A DNA stretch of 64,000 nt. Origin: Macrostomum lignano. Taxonomy: Eukaryota. Positions within the stretch are counted from its first letter, which is position 1, and each line of letters starts with the position of its first letter. The stretch spans positions 503,819-567,818 of the forward strand of contig NIVC01000303.1 of NCBI GenBank assembly GCA_002269645.1, written 5' to 3'. The position numbers were made by a program, and so were the translations under genes. The notes under the pieces were generated by a model. The model was given only the letters and a program-made list of their open reading frames with translations. It had not been told where the DNA came from and made no database searches. Shown one piece after another: positions 49,551 to 61,786 of the stretch.

Positions 49551-50039
49551 GCAGCACAAACCACAGCTACAATAACTTCATCAAGATGCAGTCTTGGTGT
49601 GCAAATCGCATTTTCCGACTTGAATTCTGCATGCTGTTTGCTGCATGCCAGACTCACCTGTGAGCTCACCACCTGACTGAAATTGGTCACCGCAGACTTG
49701 CAGTGCGACAAAGGGAGACTAAAGCGCACATGGAAGGGAAATAACGTGTTTCCCAGAAAATAATTGAAGGCTGGCTATGATTGAAAATGAACTGCAAGAT
49801 GAGAAATCATGATTTTGTGGTAATCAAAATGACAAAATCTTTTGACAGAAGCAGATTTAGTTATTTTCTTTTTATATGTCATATAAGCAGCTGCATCATA
49901 AATTGTTTGCATGGCATAAAAATTAAAATGCAATTCAACTTCATTAGAAATAAAGTAAAAATCTTGTTCAACAACGTGTAGTAGCATGCATTGTAATTCT
50001 AGAAATTTTTGCGATAAATATACATGTATTCCAAATATA

Positions 50040-50429
50040 CGAGGGGTGTCCCAGAAATAGTGTCACCTTTGCCTGCCTCCACAAGTATTAATGTGTGTTA
50101 AAAAATCATATGCCCTAAAAGTTAGCGGCTTATTTTTGCTTTCAGACTGGAACAGATCTTGCAGCTGCTCTCTTGCAACTCTGTGCTTGATCAGCTCTGC
50201 TTGTGGCTTCCTTCTGAGTGAGCATAGAAGCACTATGCAGTGTGTATTTCTATGGCCAAGGGTATGCGAACAAATGCATGCTGCTTACAGCTTACAGCTG
50301 CTTATAAAAATCGGACTTTCGTGGCATGAAAGCTAAAATAAGCCGCTAACTTTTAGAGCATGATTTTTTAACACACATTAATACTTGTGGAAGCAAGAAA
50401 AAGTGACACTACTTCTGAGACACCCCTCG
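50040..50429. mobile_element. 390-bp mariner-type MITE, ~105-bp TIRs, TA TSD (duplicate at 56126-56515)
   Basis: TA|CGAGGGGTGTCCCAGAAATAGTGTCAC...GTGACACTACTTCTGAGACACCCCTCG|TA. Confidence 0.9.
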
Positions 50430-50653
50430 TAATAAGGTAAATTCCACGCGACTCTGTTTAAAATATTCTGGCCTCCGGAATGTTCCTTTAATTTAAAAAC
50501 TATAAATATAATAATGCACACGCGCAATCAAATAGTTGCAACCGTGGGCTCTACATTGCTCCAATTTTTTATTAATCGCCTTCAAATCATTTGAGTTCTC
50601 TACAGAAGCATCCGATCTGAACTCTACAGGAAGCTACACGAGTAGTAGAGGGA

Positions 50654-50910
50654 ATGTACACACCGCCGCGGGAAAGCGCGAATAGAATGGGACCTAGTAA
50701 GAGTAGGTAGCCGCTATTATTTAAAGACATAGAATGGACTCTGCCCGAGAGACCATAAAGGTTTTGTAAATTGTAGGTTTTCATAAATTTTGAGTGAGAG
50801 ATTCAGTGAGAATCTTTTCAGTAATAGAATGCGTGTGGTCATACATGTTAGCGCCACCGAAATTGAGTAAATTGGATTCCACACGGCTTTCCCTGCGGCA
50901 GTGTGCACAT
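50654..50910. mobile_element. Putative small non-autonomous element with ~24-bp imperfect TIRs (duplicate near 56740-56996)
   Basis: ATGTACACACCGCCGCGGGAAAGC ... GCTTTCCCTGCGGCAGTGTGCACAT; no clear TSD. Confidence 0.5.
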
Positions 50911-51325
50911 CTCTGAGTCTAATAGCTGTATGTGGTAATCCATAGCTAAATTGTACAAGTACTTTTTGTAAGAAATCAAGATTTTCAAGTGGAATTCAGG
51001 AATCAATTGTCGGTCACAGCGGCCACTCGGCACTGAGGCTGCAGCCGCACCCAAAATTGACTCAATTTAGTGAACTGGATTTAGGCGGAAAGTGTGCTCC
51101 CGGAAAGTTTAATATAATTGCTTAATACATGCATAATGTTTAATGTGCTTCTATTCAATAAATATCAATTCTGACATGCACAAGACATGATAAACATTTA
51201 TCAGACAAAGAAAGTCATCGCATTTAAAAAAAATTCATTAAAAAACTCGAACGAAAACCCGGCCTCCAACAAATCAATCACTCCAGAAACCTTCAGTTCG
51301 ATTATTATTCGGCAAGTGAATAAAA

Positions 51326-53097
51326 TCAGGATGCACTGAACACCTGCAGTCTCCTGTTGGAATCGTCAGCCACCACCAGCTGCTCGCGCGGACCTCCCGT
51401 CACCACCGCCAGACCCAGCGGCCTGCTGAATCTGCCGTCTCCGCTGACGCTCTCGCCCGGAGTCCCCAGAGTCCACAGCAGCGACCCGTCGTCTGCAGCC
51501 ACCGCTCGCACTGAGTGACCCCGCCATTCACTCACGAACAGGCGGCCTCTGCTGTCGACGGCCACATCATATGGAAATTTAAACTGTTGGAGGTCGGAAC
51601 GCTGAGTCGGGAAGGAGGCGACCAGCTGCTGGGTGTCGATGCGCACTCTGTGCACCTGATTGTGCTTCCAGTCTGTCACCAGAATGCAGTTGTCGTGAGT
51701 CGCCAGGTTGCGCAGATCAGCATGAGGAAGCTGAGACAGCGTGATGACCGTCTCCATCTGCCAAGTCGCTTTGCTGAATGCAGCAATTTTGTTTCCACTG
51801 GACACAAACACGAAGGCTACGTTGCTGCCGATTCCACCGATGTCACCGAAGGGCGGAATCGACGCACCGCACGACCGCTCAGGTCCGTCACTGTCACTGC
51901 GTCAGGCTGAGCAATGAACAACAGCTGACGGTCGCAGTGAAGGCCTTCAATGTCCTTCTTCCAGTCGATGTCGCAGTGGCACCGCAGCTTCCGTGAGCCG
52001 TCCACAGACAGCACCAGTAGGTGGATCTAGTTACTTTTTAAATTGAATGATGCAAGGACGCAGGGCTGAGGCAGAGCCTCGCTGCCGTCTCGCGCTGAGT
52101 CGGAGAAAACCACACGGCCTGAGCGGTCACCAACGAATCCGTTGGTGTCGCTGCACACAGCCAGCCATTGAACTGGGCCATCCAGCTTCACCTCGTGACT
52201 GAAGACCATCGGATCGAACAGCAGTCTCTCTCTCTCAGCAGCGTCAATCTCCTCGGATGTCGCGGTCACCGCAGCCTCTCTCGACCAGTCGCCCTCTTCG
52301 CTGCGTCTTGCACAAATGCCGACCAGCCGCTCGAGCTGGCCCAGAAGCCGCAGCTGCACCTCCTCATTGTCGCTCTGTTCTCTGAGCAGCCGCTCTGACC
52401 TCTCAAGGTCGGCCTCCAAGTCTCCAAGCGATTCGTGCATGGACTGGACCAGGCGAAGCAGCTCCGCCATGTCGCCTGCAGCCTTCGCCGTGGCCACCTC
52501 CTGCTTGTAGCTGGAGACGTCCTCGAGGTCCCGCTCGCACACACGCACTGCCTCAAGCACACCTGAGAGCTGGCCCGTCACCCTGCTACGAAACGAGTCG
52601 ATGTGTTGCTGTACCAAATCGAATTTGTGATTGACCTCTTGCTGCTGCTGTTGGATGTCGAGAGCGAGACGACGCAGCGACTCAGCGTCTTGTCGGTGTC
52701 GCATCAGCGCTGCACGGCCAGCTGCACCTACTGCGCCCTGTGACTCTAGTGACTCTTGTGACTCTTGTGAGTCTTGTGAGTCTTGTGACTCTAGTGACTC
52801 TTGTGACTCTTGTGACTCTTGTGACTCTTGTGACTCTTGTGACTCTTGTGACTCTTGTGACTCTTGTGACTCTTGTGAGTCTTGTGAGTCTTGTGAGTAG
52901 GCACGCAGCAGCTTGTCGACCTCCTCCTTGAGCTTGAATAGATTGGCCACATCGACACTGAGGTGTTCACTGCACATGTGGCAGCGGGAGAACGGAGCCA
53001 CACCGACTGCAGCTTGGTCGCAGATGATGCAGAGAGGAGTTGGGGTAGCGGGAGGCGCGTCCGAACTCGAGCTGTCGCTGGAGTCTCTGAGGCTCAT
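51326..53097 (-). pseudogene. NHL gene copy B (chimeric: C-type 3' end, A-type 5' part)
   Basis: Near-identical to A and C, same TAG and frameshift; diagnostic sites given in findings. Confidence 0.7.
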
Positions 53098-53717
53098 CTT
53101 GTGGGCGATCTGAATAACTGAGAGGGTGGGAGACTCAGGTCAGGTGGGAGACTCAGGTCAGGCGGGAGACAAGACCCATGAGGGAAACATCAATTAAGAA
53201 TGTCCTGCAATCGGATCACTCACACAGGAATGGAGAGATTAGGAATAATCGAGAACAGAATTCAGATAAAAAATAACCAGCTCACCTTCTGCAATTGCGC
53301 AAAGTCAGCTAGGGTGAAGCGCTGGGCTGCTGCAATCTCTAAAGTGGGGGCTCAACAGAGCCACAGTTGCTAATATAATTTAAACCTGAGCCCAGCAGCG
53401 GCGCTATCAGCAGTTGCCATGGTTGCTAATCTGCGGGACAGTCAGGGAGCAAGCAGAGCCACACTGCGCACAGATAAGGTGATTCGATTGCACACAGATT
53501 CAAAGCTCTGTGCAGTGTGTATCTCCTTATCTTATATTTGAGCCAAACTCTACCTAAACACTATCTGGGATCTGGGATCTAGGATCTGGGATCTAGGATC
53601 TGGGATCTAGGATCTAGGATCTGGGATCTAGGATCTGGGATCTAGGATCTGGGATCTGGGATCTGGGATCTACATGCTCACATATGCTGCCCCATCCCTG
53701 ACCCCAACTGAGCACAG

Positions 53718-55459
53718 GTGTGGCCCTACATGCTCACATGCGGCGCGGGGTGATTGCCGGTCTGCACCTGTGCGCCAGACTCAGCCCTGTTGAGTGGCGC
53801 ATCACAGACTCCGAGCAGCTGCAGCCCTGCAGTCTTCTGCTTCTGCGAAAGAGGCGCAGAGACTTCTCGCTGTTCAACTCGCTGTGGTTCGCGCTGGCCT
53901 CCATCGTCAACCAGAGTGTAGACATCTCGCCTCGCAGCTCAGGTGCCCGCCTGGTAACCAGCGTGTGGTGGTTCTTCACCCTGATCATGATCGCTGACTA
54001 CACCGCCATCCTGGCCGCCTCCCTGACAGTTGAGCTGCTGCGGACACCCATCGAGAGCTGGCCGGACCTGCTGGGAGCTCACGAGACCAGCGGAATGTTG
54101 TTTGGCACCATCGCCTCGGGCTCGACTCAGGCCTTCTTTCTGAGCACCAAGATTTGGCCCTACAGCGGCATCGGGGCCGTGATGAGGAGCAACTCCGATG
54201 AGGTGCGGCTTGGGATTGGGGATTTAAGCTTGAGAATTGGGGATTGGGGATTTGGGATTTGAAATTGGGATTTGAGATTGGGATTTGGGATTGGGGATTT
54301 GAGTTGAGTATTCGGGAATGTGGTTGAGTATTTAGGGTTAGCGATTGCGATTTGGGGATTGAAGATTTGAAATTGTATACTTTAAGTTTTAATACGCTCG
54401 TACATTCCTGTGAACACTCCAAAACTCGTGAACACCACCGAGATCCCCGTGAACACCACCGAGATCCCCGTGAACACCATCGAGATCTCCGTGAACACCA
54501 AAAGAGATACTCGTGAACACCTCGAAATCCCCGTGAACACTCCGAGATCCCCGTGAACACCTCGAAATCCCCGTGAACACTCCGAGATCGCCGTGAACAC
54601 CCAGAGATTCCGTGAACCCGGAGCCCCGCAAACCCGCCCAGGTGTACGCGAGCACCACAGCGGCCGGGGTGCAGCGAGTTCGCGAATCCAACGGCCGCTA
54701 CGCTTTCCTGCTGGAGTCGAAGATGAACGAATTCCACAACAACCGCGACCCCTGCGACACCATGATGGTCGGGCAGCCGTTCGGCGACAACGGCTACGGG
54801 GTGGCCACCCAGCGCGGCTCGCCGCTCAGAGAGCTCTTCAACGATGCCATCCTGCAGCTGAGGGAGCAGCAGGTGCTGGCCGAGCTGTACAAGAAGTGGT
54901 GGATTGAGAAGGTAAAGGTCGGGAGTTCGAGTCCGAGATCTTGAGTACACCTGGCTGTACACAAATTAAAGAAATCAAATTCTACATGTACTTAGGGCAC
55001 TACATGCAATTTGCACCCATGAGAGGCCTGTGATGGGAGCACCGGTTTCCGTTGGCTGCTCCCCAGGGGTCAAGCAGTGATTGACTGCCCTTCCGCCTCA
55101 GCTCCCCTGAACCCTCAGCTACGGCATTCTTTGGGTCCAGTCTCGCACAGGGCCGGAGTTCGAACCCCGCTACTGCCAGCAATTGTCCCGAGCTCGAACC
55201 TCGCTACCACCCACAGGGCCAGTGCGCCACCGACGACTCTGACTCGAGCGACGCCGGCCAGTCGCCGCTGGCAGTCGTTAATGTGGCCGGTGTGTTCTAC
55301 ATCCTGGTGGCCGGTCTGGGCGCTGCGATGGCGGCGGCGCTGGTCGAGTCCGCGTGCGCCGCGGCGATGCGGCGGCGGAGAAATCGGCGACTGAGGCGGC
55401 GGCCGGAGATGGTGGCCGGCTGCGTCGGGGCGACATCGGCGGCTGGCGTCATCATGTAG
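53718..55459 (+). pseudogene. Duplicate of iGluR exons 3-5, with 1-bp deletion in M1
   Basis: Copy of 47631-49373 lacking the A at 47660 (GGCGCAGGGG becomes GGCGCGGGG); has no 5' exons of its own. Confidence 0.85.
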
Positions 55460-57410
55460 CTCTTGGGGAGTTTGAGTAGCAGTTTGAGTAGCAGTTTGAG
55501 TAGCAGTTTGAGCAGCAGTTCGAGCAGTAGTTTGAGCACAGTTTGAGCAGCAGTTTGAGTAGCAGTTTTAGCAGCAGTTTGAGTAGCTGTTTGAGTTGCA
55601 GTTTGAGTAGCAGTTTTAGCAGCAGTTTGAGCACAAGCAGCACAAACCACAGCTACAATAACTTCATCAAGATGCAGTCTTGGTGTGCAAATCGCATTTT
55701 CCGACTTGAATTCTGCATGCTGTTTGCTGCATGCCAGACTCACCTGTGAGCTCACCACCTGACTGAAATTGGTCACCGCAGACTTGCAGTGCGACAAAGG
55801 GAGACTAAAGCGCACATGGAAGGGAAATAACGTGTTTCCCAGAAAATAATTGAAGGCTGGCTATGATTGAAAATGAACTGCAAGATGAGAAATCATGATT
55901 TTGTGGTAATCAAAATGACAAAATCTTTTGACAGAAGCAGATTTAGTTATTTTCTTTTTATATGTCATATAAGCAGCTGCATCATAAATTGTTTGCATGG
56001 CATAAAAATTAAAATGCAATTCAACTTCATTAGAAATAAAGTAAAAATCTTGTTCAACAACGTGTAGTAGCATGCATTGTAATTCTAGAAATTTTTGCGA
56101 TAAATATACATGTATTCCAAATATACGAGGGGTGTCCCAGAAATAGTGTCACCTTTGCCTGCCTCCACAAGTATTAATGTGTGTTAAAAAATCATATGCC
56201 CTAAAAGTTAGCGGCTTATTTTTGCTTTCAGACTGGAACAGATCTTGCAGCTGCTCTCTTGCAACTCTGTGCTTGATCAGCTCTGCTTGTGGCTTCCTTC
56301 TGAGTGAGCATAGAAGCACTATGCAGTGTGTATTTCTATGGCCAAGGGTATGCGAACAAATGCATGCTGCTTACAGCTTACAGCTGCTTATAAAAATCGG
56401 ACTTTCGTGGCATGAAAGCTAAAATAAGCCGCTAACTTTTAGAGCATGATTTTTTAACACACATTAATACTTGTGGAAGCAAGAAAAAGTGACACTACTT
56501 CTGAGACACCCCTCGTAATAAGGTAAATTCCACGCGACTCTGTTTAAAATATTCTGGCCTCCGGAATGTTCCTTTAATTTAAAAACTATAAATATAATAA
56601 TGCACACGCGCAATCAAATAGTTGCAACCGCGGGCTCTACATTGCTCCAATTTTTTATTAATCGCCTTCAAATCATTTGAGTTCTCTACAGAAGCATCCG
56701 ATCTGAACTCTACAGGAAGCTACACGAGTAGTAGAGGGAATGTACACACCGCCGCGGGAAAGCGCGAATAGAATGGGACCTAGTAAGAGTAGGTAGCCGC
56801 TATTATTTAAAGACATAGAATGGACTCTGCCCGAGAGACCATAAAGGTTTTGTAAATTGTAGGTTTTCATAAATTTTGAGTGAGAGATTCAGTGAGAATC
56901 TTTTCAGTAATAGAATGCGTGTGGTCATACATGTTAGCGCCACCGAAATTGAGTAAATTGGATTCCACACGGCTTTCCCTGCGGCAGTGTGCACATCTCT
57001 GAGTCTAATAGCTGTATGTGGTAATCCATAGCTAAATTGTACAAGTACTTTTTGTAAGAAATCAAGATTTTCAAGTGGAATTCAGGAATCAATTGTCGGT
57101 CACAGCGGCCACTCGGCACTGAGGCTGCAGCCGCACCCAAAATTGACTCAATTTAGTGAACTGGATTTAGGCGGAAAGTGTGCTCCCGGAAAGTTTAATA
57201 TAATTGCTTAATACATGCATAATGTTTAATGTGCTTCTATTCAATAAATATCAATTCTGACATGCACAAGACATGATAAACATTTATCAGACAAAGAAAG
57301 TCATCGCATTTAAAAAAATTCATTAAAAAACTCGAACGAAAACCCGGCCTCCAACAAATCAATCACTCCAGAAACCTTCAGTTCGATTATTATTCGGCAA
57401 GTGAATAAAA

Positions 57411-59074
57411 TCAGGATGCACTGAACACCTGCAGTCTCCTGTTGGAATCGTCAGCCACCACCAGCTGCTCGCGCGGACCTCCCGTCACCACCGCCAGACC
57501 CAGCGGCCTGCTGAATCTGCCGTCTCCGCTGACGCTCTCGCCCGGAGTCCCCAGAGTCCACAGCAGCGACCCGTCGTCTGCAGCCACCGCTCGCACTGAG
57601 TGACCCCGCCATTCACTCACGAACAGGCGGCCTCTGCTGTCGACGGCCACATCATATGGAAATTTAAACTGTTGGAGGTCGGAACGCTGAGTCGGGAAGG
57701 AGGCGACCAGCTGCTGGGTGTCGATGCGCACTCTGTGCACCTGATTGTGCTTCCAGTCTGTCACCAGAATGCAGTTGTCGTGAGTCGCCAGGTTGCGCAG
57801 ATCAGCATGAGGAAGCTGAGACAGCGTGATGACCGTCTCCATCTGCCAAGTCGCTTTGCTGAATGCAGCAATTTTGTTTCCACTGGACACAAACACGAAG
57901 GCTACGTTGCTGCCGATTCCACCGATGTCACCGAAGGGCGGAATCGACGCACCGCACGACCGCTCAGGTCCGTCACTGTCACTGCGTCAGGCTGAGCAAT
58001 GAACAACAGCTGACGGTCGCAGTGAAGGCCTTCAATGTCCTTCTTCCAGTCGATGTCGCAGTGGCACCGCAGCTTCCGTGAGCCGTCCACAGACAGCACC
58101 AGTAGGTGGATCTAGTTACTTTTTAAATTGAATGATGCAAGGACGCAGGGCTGAGGCAGAGCCTCGCTGCCGTCTCGCGCTGAGTCGGAGAAAACCACAC
58201 GGCCTGAGCGGTCACCAACGAATCCGTTGGTGTCGCTGCACACAGCCAGCCATTGAACTGGGCCATCCAGCTTCACCTCGTGACTGAAGACCATCGGATC
58301 GAACAGCAGTCTCTCTCTCTCAGCAGCGTCAATCTCCTCGGATGTCGCGGTCACCGCAGCCTCTCTCGACCAGTCGCCCTCTTCGCTGCGTCTTGCACAA
58401 ATGCCGACCAGCCGCTCGAGCTGGCCCAGAAGCCGCAGCTGCACCTCCTCATTGTTGCTCTGTTCTCTGAGCAGCCGCTCTGACCTCTCAAGGTCGGCCT
58501 CCAAGTCTCCAAGCGATTCGTGCATGGACTGGACCAGGCGAAGCAGCTCCGCCATGTCGCCTGCAGCCTTCGCCGTGGCCACCTCCTGCTTGTAGCTGGA
58601 GACGTCCTCGAGGTCCCGCTCGCACACACGCACTGCCTCAAGCACACCTGAGAGCTGGCCCGTCACCCTGCTACGAAACGAGTCGATGTGTTGCTGTACC
58701 AAATCGAATTTGTGATTGACCTCTTGCTGCTGCTGTTGGATGTCGAGAGCGAGACGACGCAGCGACTCAGCGTCTTGTCGGTGTCGCATCAGCGCTGCAC
58801 GGCCAGCTGCACCTACTGCGCCCTGTGACTCTAGTGACTCTTGTGACTCTTGTGACTCTTGTGAGTCTTGTGAGTAGGCACGCAGCAGCTCGTCGACCTC
58901 CTCCTTGAGCTTGAATAGATTGGCCACATCGACACTGAGGTGTTGACTGCACATGTGGCAGCGGGAGAACGGAGCCACACCGACTGCAGCTTGGTCGCAG
59001 ATGATGCAGAGAGGAGTTGGGGTAGCGGGAGGCGCGTCCGAACTCGAGCTGTCGCTGGAGTCTTCAAGGCTCAT
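57411..59074 (-). pseudogene. NHL gene copy C (short ESQ tract, distinct 5' flank)
   Basis: ATG at 59074 preceded by TTTCAG acceptor; same TAG and frameshift. Confidence 0.7.
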
Positions 59075-59265
59075 TGTTAGATAGACTAGCAGCTGAAACA
59101 CGGGTTAAGCAAAAAAGTTATTGATGACACATTAGACGAAGAGAAACTATGAGAAGTTGAGGATAAGAAGATAAGTAGGATAAGTAGTTAGCTTTGGGCA
59201 CTGAATGTCAAGTGTATTTTTAAATGCTTGTAGTCACACTACTTAGACGGTTCAGTAGTATAAAA

Positions 59266-60800
59266 CTAATCATTATCATCAGTGTCAGTATCGCGGGCTT
59301 GGGCAAACGCCACAACCATGGGTTTATTGTGCAGCACACAGCCATGTAGAGCTTTCAATGCCGCAGTCGCTTCAATCGCGCTATCAAAGCTAACAAACGC
59401 TTGACAGCGCATCCGACCGGAAGTGAGCAGGCGAACTTTTAGAGCCGAATAGGGTTCGAATACTGACTCGAGATCCGATTGGACGACTGAACGGGCGAGA
59501 TTCTTCAAGTAGAGCCTGTTGGCCGGCTTGCCTGGGCTGTAGTTGCGGAATGCAGCCAGCTGGGAGCGCTCCTGTTCACCTATGCGGCTCAGACAGGGAA
59601 GGGGGGCGGAACTCGGCGCGGATGACGGAACAGGAGCGGAAATTGGGGTGGATGACGGAGCAGGAGAGGAAATGGGGGCGGATGACGGAACAGGAGCGGA
59701 AATGGGGGCGGATGACGGAGCAGGAGCGGAAATGGGGGCGGATGACGGAACAGGAGCGGAAATGGGGGCGGATGACGGAGCAGGAGCGGAAATGGGGGCG
59801 GATGACGAAGCGGATGGCACGAGCCGACCGAACCCAAAGCCAGTCTGTGGCACTTCCGGCGCTGGCAAAGCCACAGCCGCTTGGGCAGGTGCAACCGGAA
59901 GTGAAATTCTGGCTGGCAGACGAAGTGCCGGCGGCCGCAGCTGAGGCGGCACCGACTGGGCGGCAGTCGTCGCACCTGCAGCGGTCACTGGAAGCAGAGC
60001 CAGAGCGGGCCGCGGCTTCGGCAACAGGTGCTTCCGGTTAAACTGAGCAACAGCAGAAACAGCAGCAACTCCTCGAGGCTTCTTGGCAGCTGAAGCAGCA
60101 AATGACAATGATGAAGGGCACTCCTCTTCTTCTTCTTCAACTTGTTCAACAGGCTCAACATTTGCAGTTTCATCTGCGCCATCAGTGCATGCACTCTGCA
60201 GATGGCTGGCAACCAGCTGATCCTCTGCAGCCAAGTTGCCGCGCCGCAGCAAGCCGAGAACTTTCTTACGAAACCGGGCATCGTTGCGCAACAGCCACAC
60301 AGCCTCGGAGGTGGCCGCTCGTTCGGCCTCTTCAGACGCCGTCCAGCCGCCGCCCCAGTCGAGACAAGCGGCTGCCGCTTGGCAACGGCGGGCAAATTCG
60401 ACGCAAACCCGACGGCCTGCCAGCAGCTCCTCCTCGTGGAGGCACTTCAACACCGCCTTGGCCTTCGCTGAATCGTTGAACGTGGCGTAGAAGCAGCCCG
60501 ATAGGCGAGGATTCGGCGAGACGGCTACGGCGCCGAAACCGTCGACAAAGAGACGGCGAGCCTGGGACCAGGGCAGCTGGGCTGGCCAGCGCCGGATGTG
60601 CAGAACTCGAGTGTCCGTTGCCGAGTCTGCTGATGCCTCATCATTGCGGATGCTGGAAGCTGCTTGCTGTTGCTGCTGATGATGTACAGGCGGGGGCTGA
60701 TGAAGAGGAGGCTGCGGCGGCGGCGGCGGCGGCGGTGGCTGCGGAGGAGGCTGCCAAACCCAGCTGGGAGGAAGTTGACTGCTGTTAAAGCTTTGCTGAA
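59266..60800 (-). CDS. RNPC3: RNA-binding protein with two RRMs, U11/U12 snRNP 65K-like; 5' end unresolved
   Basis: RRM1 (VLHIRRWP..FYATF..RRVCVEFARR), FRKKVLGLL..NL segment, RRM2 (NRLYLKNLA..GRMRCQAFV..KPMVVAFAQ); the frame is open upstream to about 60810 without an ATG; 30-nt coding repeat (PSSAPISAPA/V). Confidence 0.82.
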
Positions 60801-60861
60801 GAGTTTGTAAATTAAGCTTTTAATTAACTATAATTATTTTTCAGGTGCTTCTTCTGATGTG

Positions 60862-61085
60862 CGGTGAAGGGATCAATGAAGGGATATAGGATTGAAATGA
60901 AGGGATCAATGAAGGGATTTAGGATTGAAATGGAGGGATCAATGAAGGGATTTAGGATTGAAATGAAGGGATCAATGAAGGGATTTAGGATTGAAATGAA
61001 GGGATCAATGAATGGATTTAGGATTGAAATGAAGGGATCAATGAATGGATTTAGGATTGAAATGAAGTGATCAATGAAGGGATTT
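60862..61085. repeat. 33-bp tandem repeat, about 7 copies
   Basis: GAAGGGATCAATGAAGGGATTTAGGATTGAAAT units. Confidence 0.93.
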
Positions 61086-61786
61086 TTTTACTGCAATAAA
61101 AACAAACACAAACAAAAGACAAATATAATAAAATCAGTTCAATTGATTTTGTGACAATTTGAAACAAAATGAGCCCAAGAAAACACGAAGTCACTACACT
61201 GTGCGTGCATTCCGTAACGCGTTTATTTATACATCGCTATAACTAAGAGTCATTATTATGTGTATAGGAGTATACTAAGTTAATTTCTACTATCAATACT
61301 ACAACATCGTAAAGATATAAACTCATTGAGATGTTCAAGCAAGTCTGGCTAACACAGAACTTTAGCCAATAAAAGTAAATTATTAATAGACACTTAGATA
61401 AGACAATAATTGATGAATTGGTAACGGTCACGGGGTCAATAAGTCGGTAAAGGAGAAGCAAAATAGTCGATCGAAAAACAACGAGTAACGAAAATATGGT
61501 CCTAGTACAACATGCCGAAAGAGAGCAAACATGCAAAGTGTAATTTTTTAAACGAGATCGACTGTTTATTTTCTATTTAAAAGTTTAATTTCATATTATA
61601 AATAATAATTAGCAAAGCTTACGTATAGTTAGTTTATAGACCAAGCTGCTCAACACCCTCAGCTAAGTCAAGCATCTAGGCTCGCAGATCCGTATTGCCA
61701 GCCAGCATAACCGTGTCAGTAATAATAAAGCAGCACAATAAATCAACTATAGAGTCAACAAGTTCAACCAATAATGCAATAAAAGT

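Larger units (their letters stand above)
45330..59060. repeat. Direct segmental duplication with ~6.09-kb period (NHL gene + iGluR 3' half + spacer)
   Basis: 47011-51145 matches 53098-57230 almost base for base; the ORF track repeats with offset about 6085. Confidence 0.97.
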
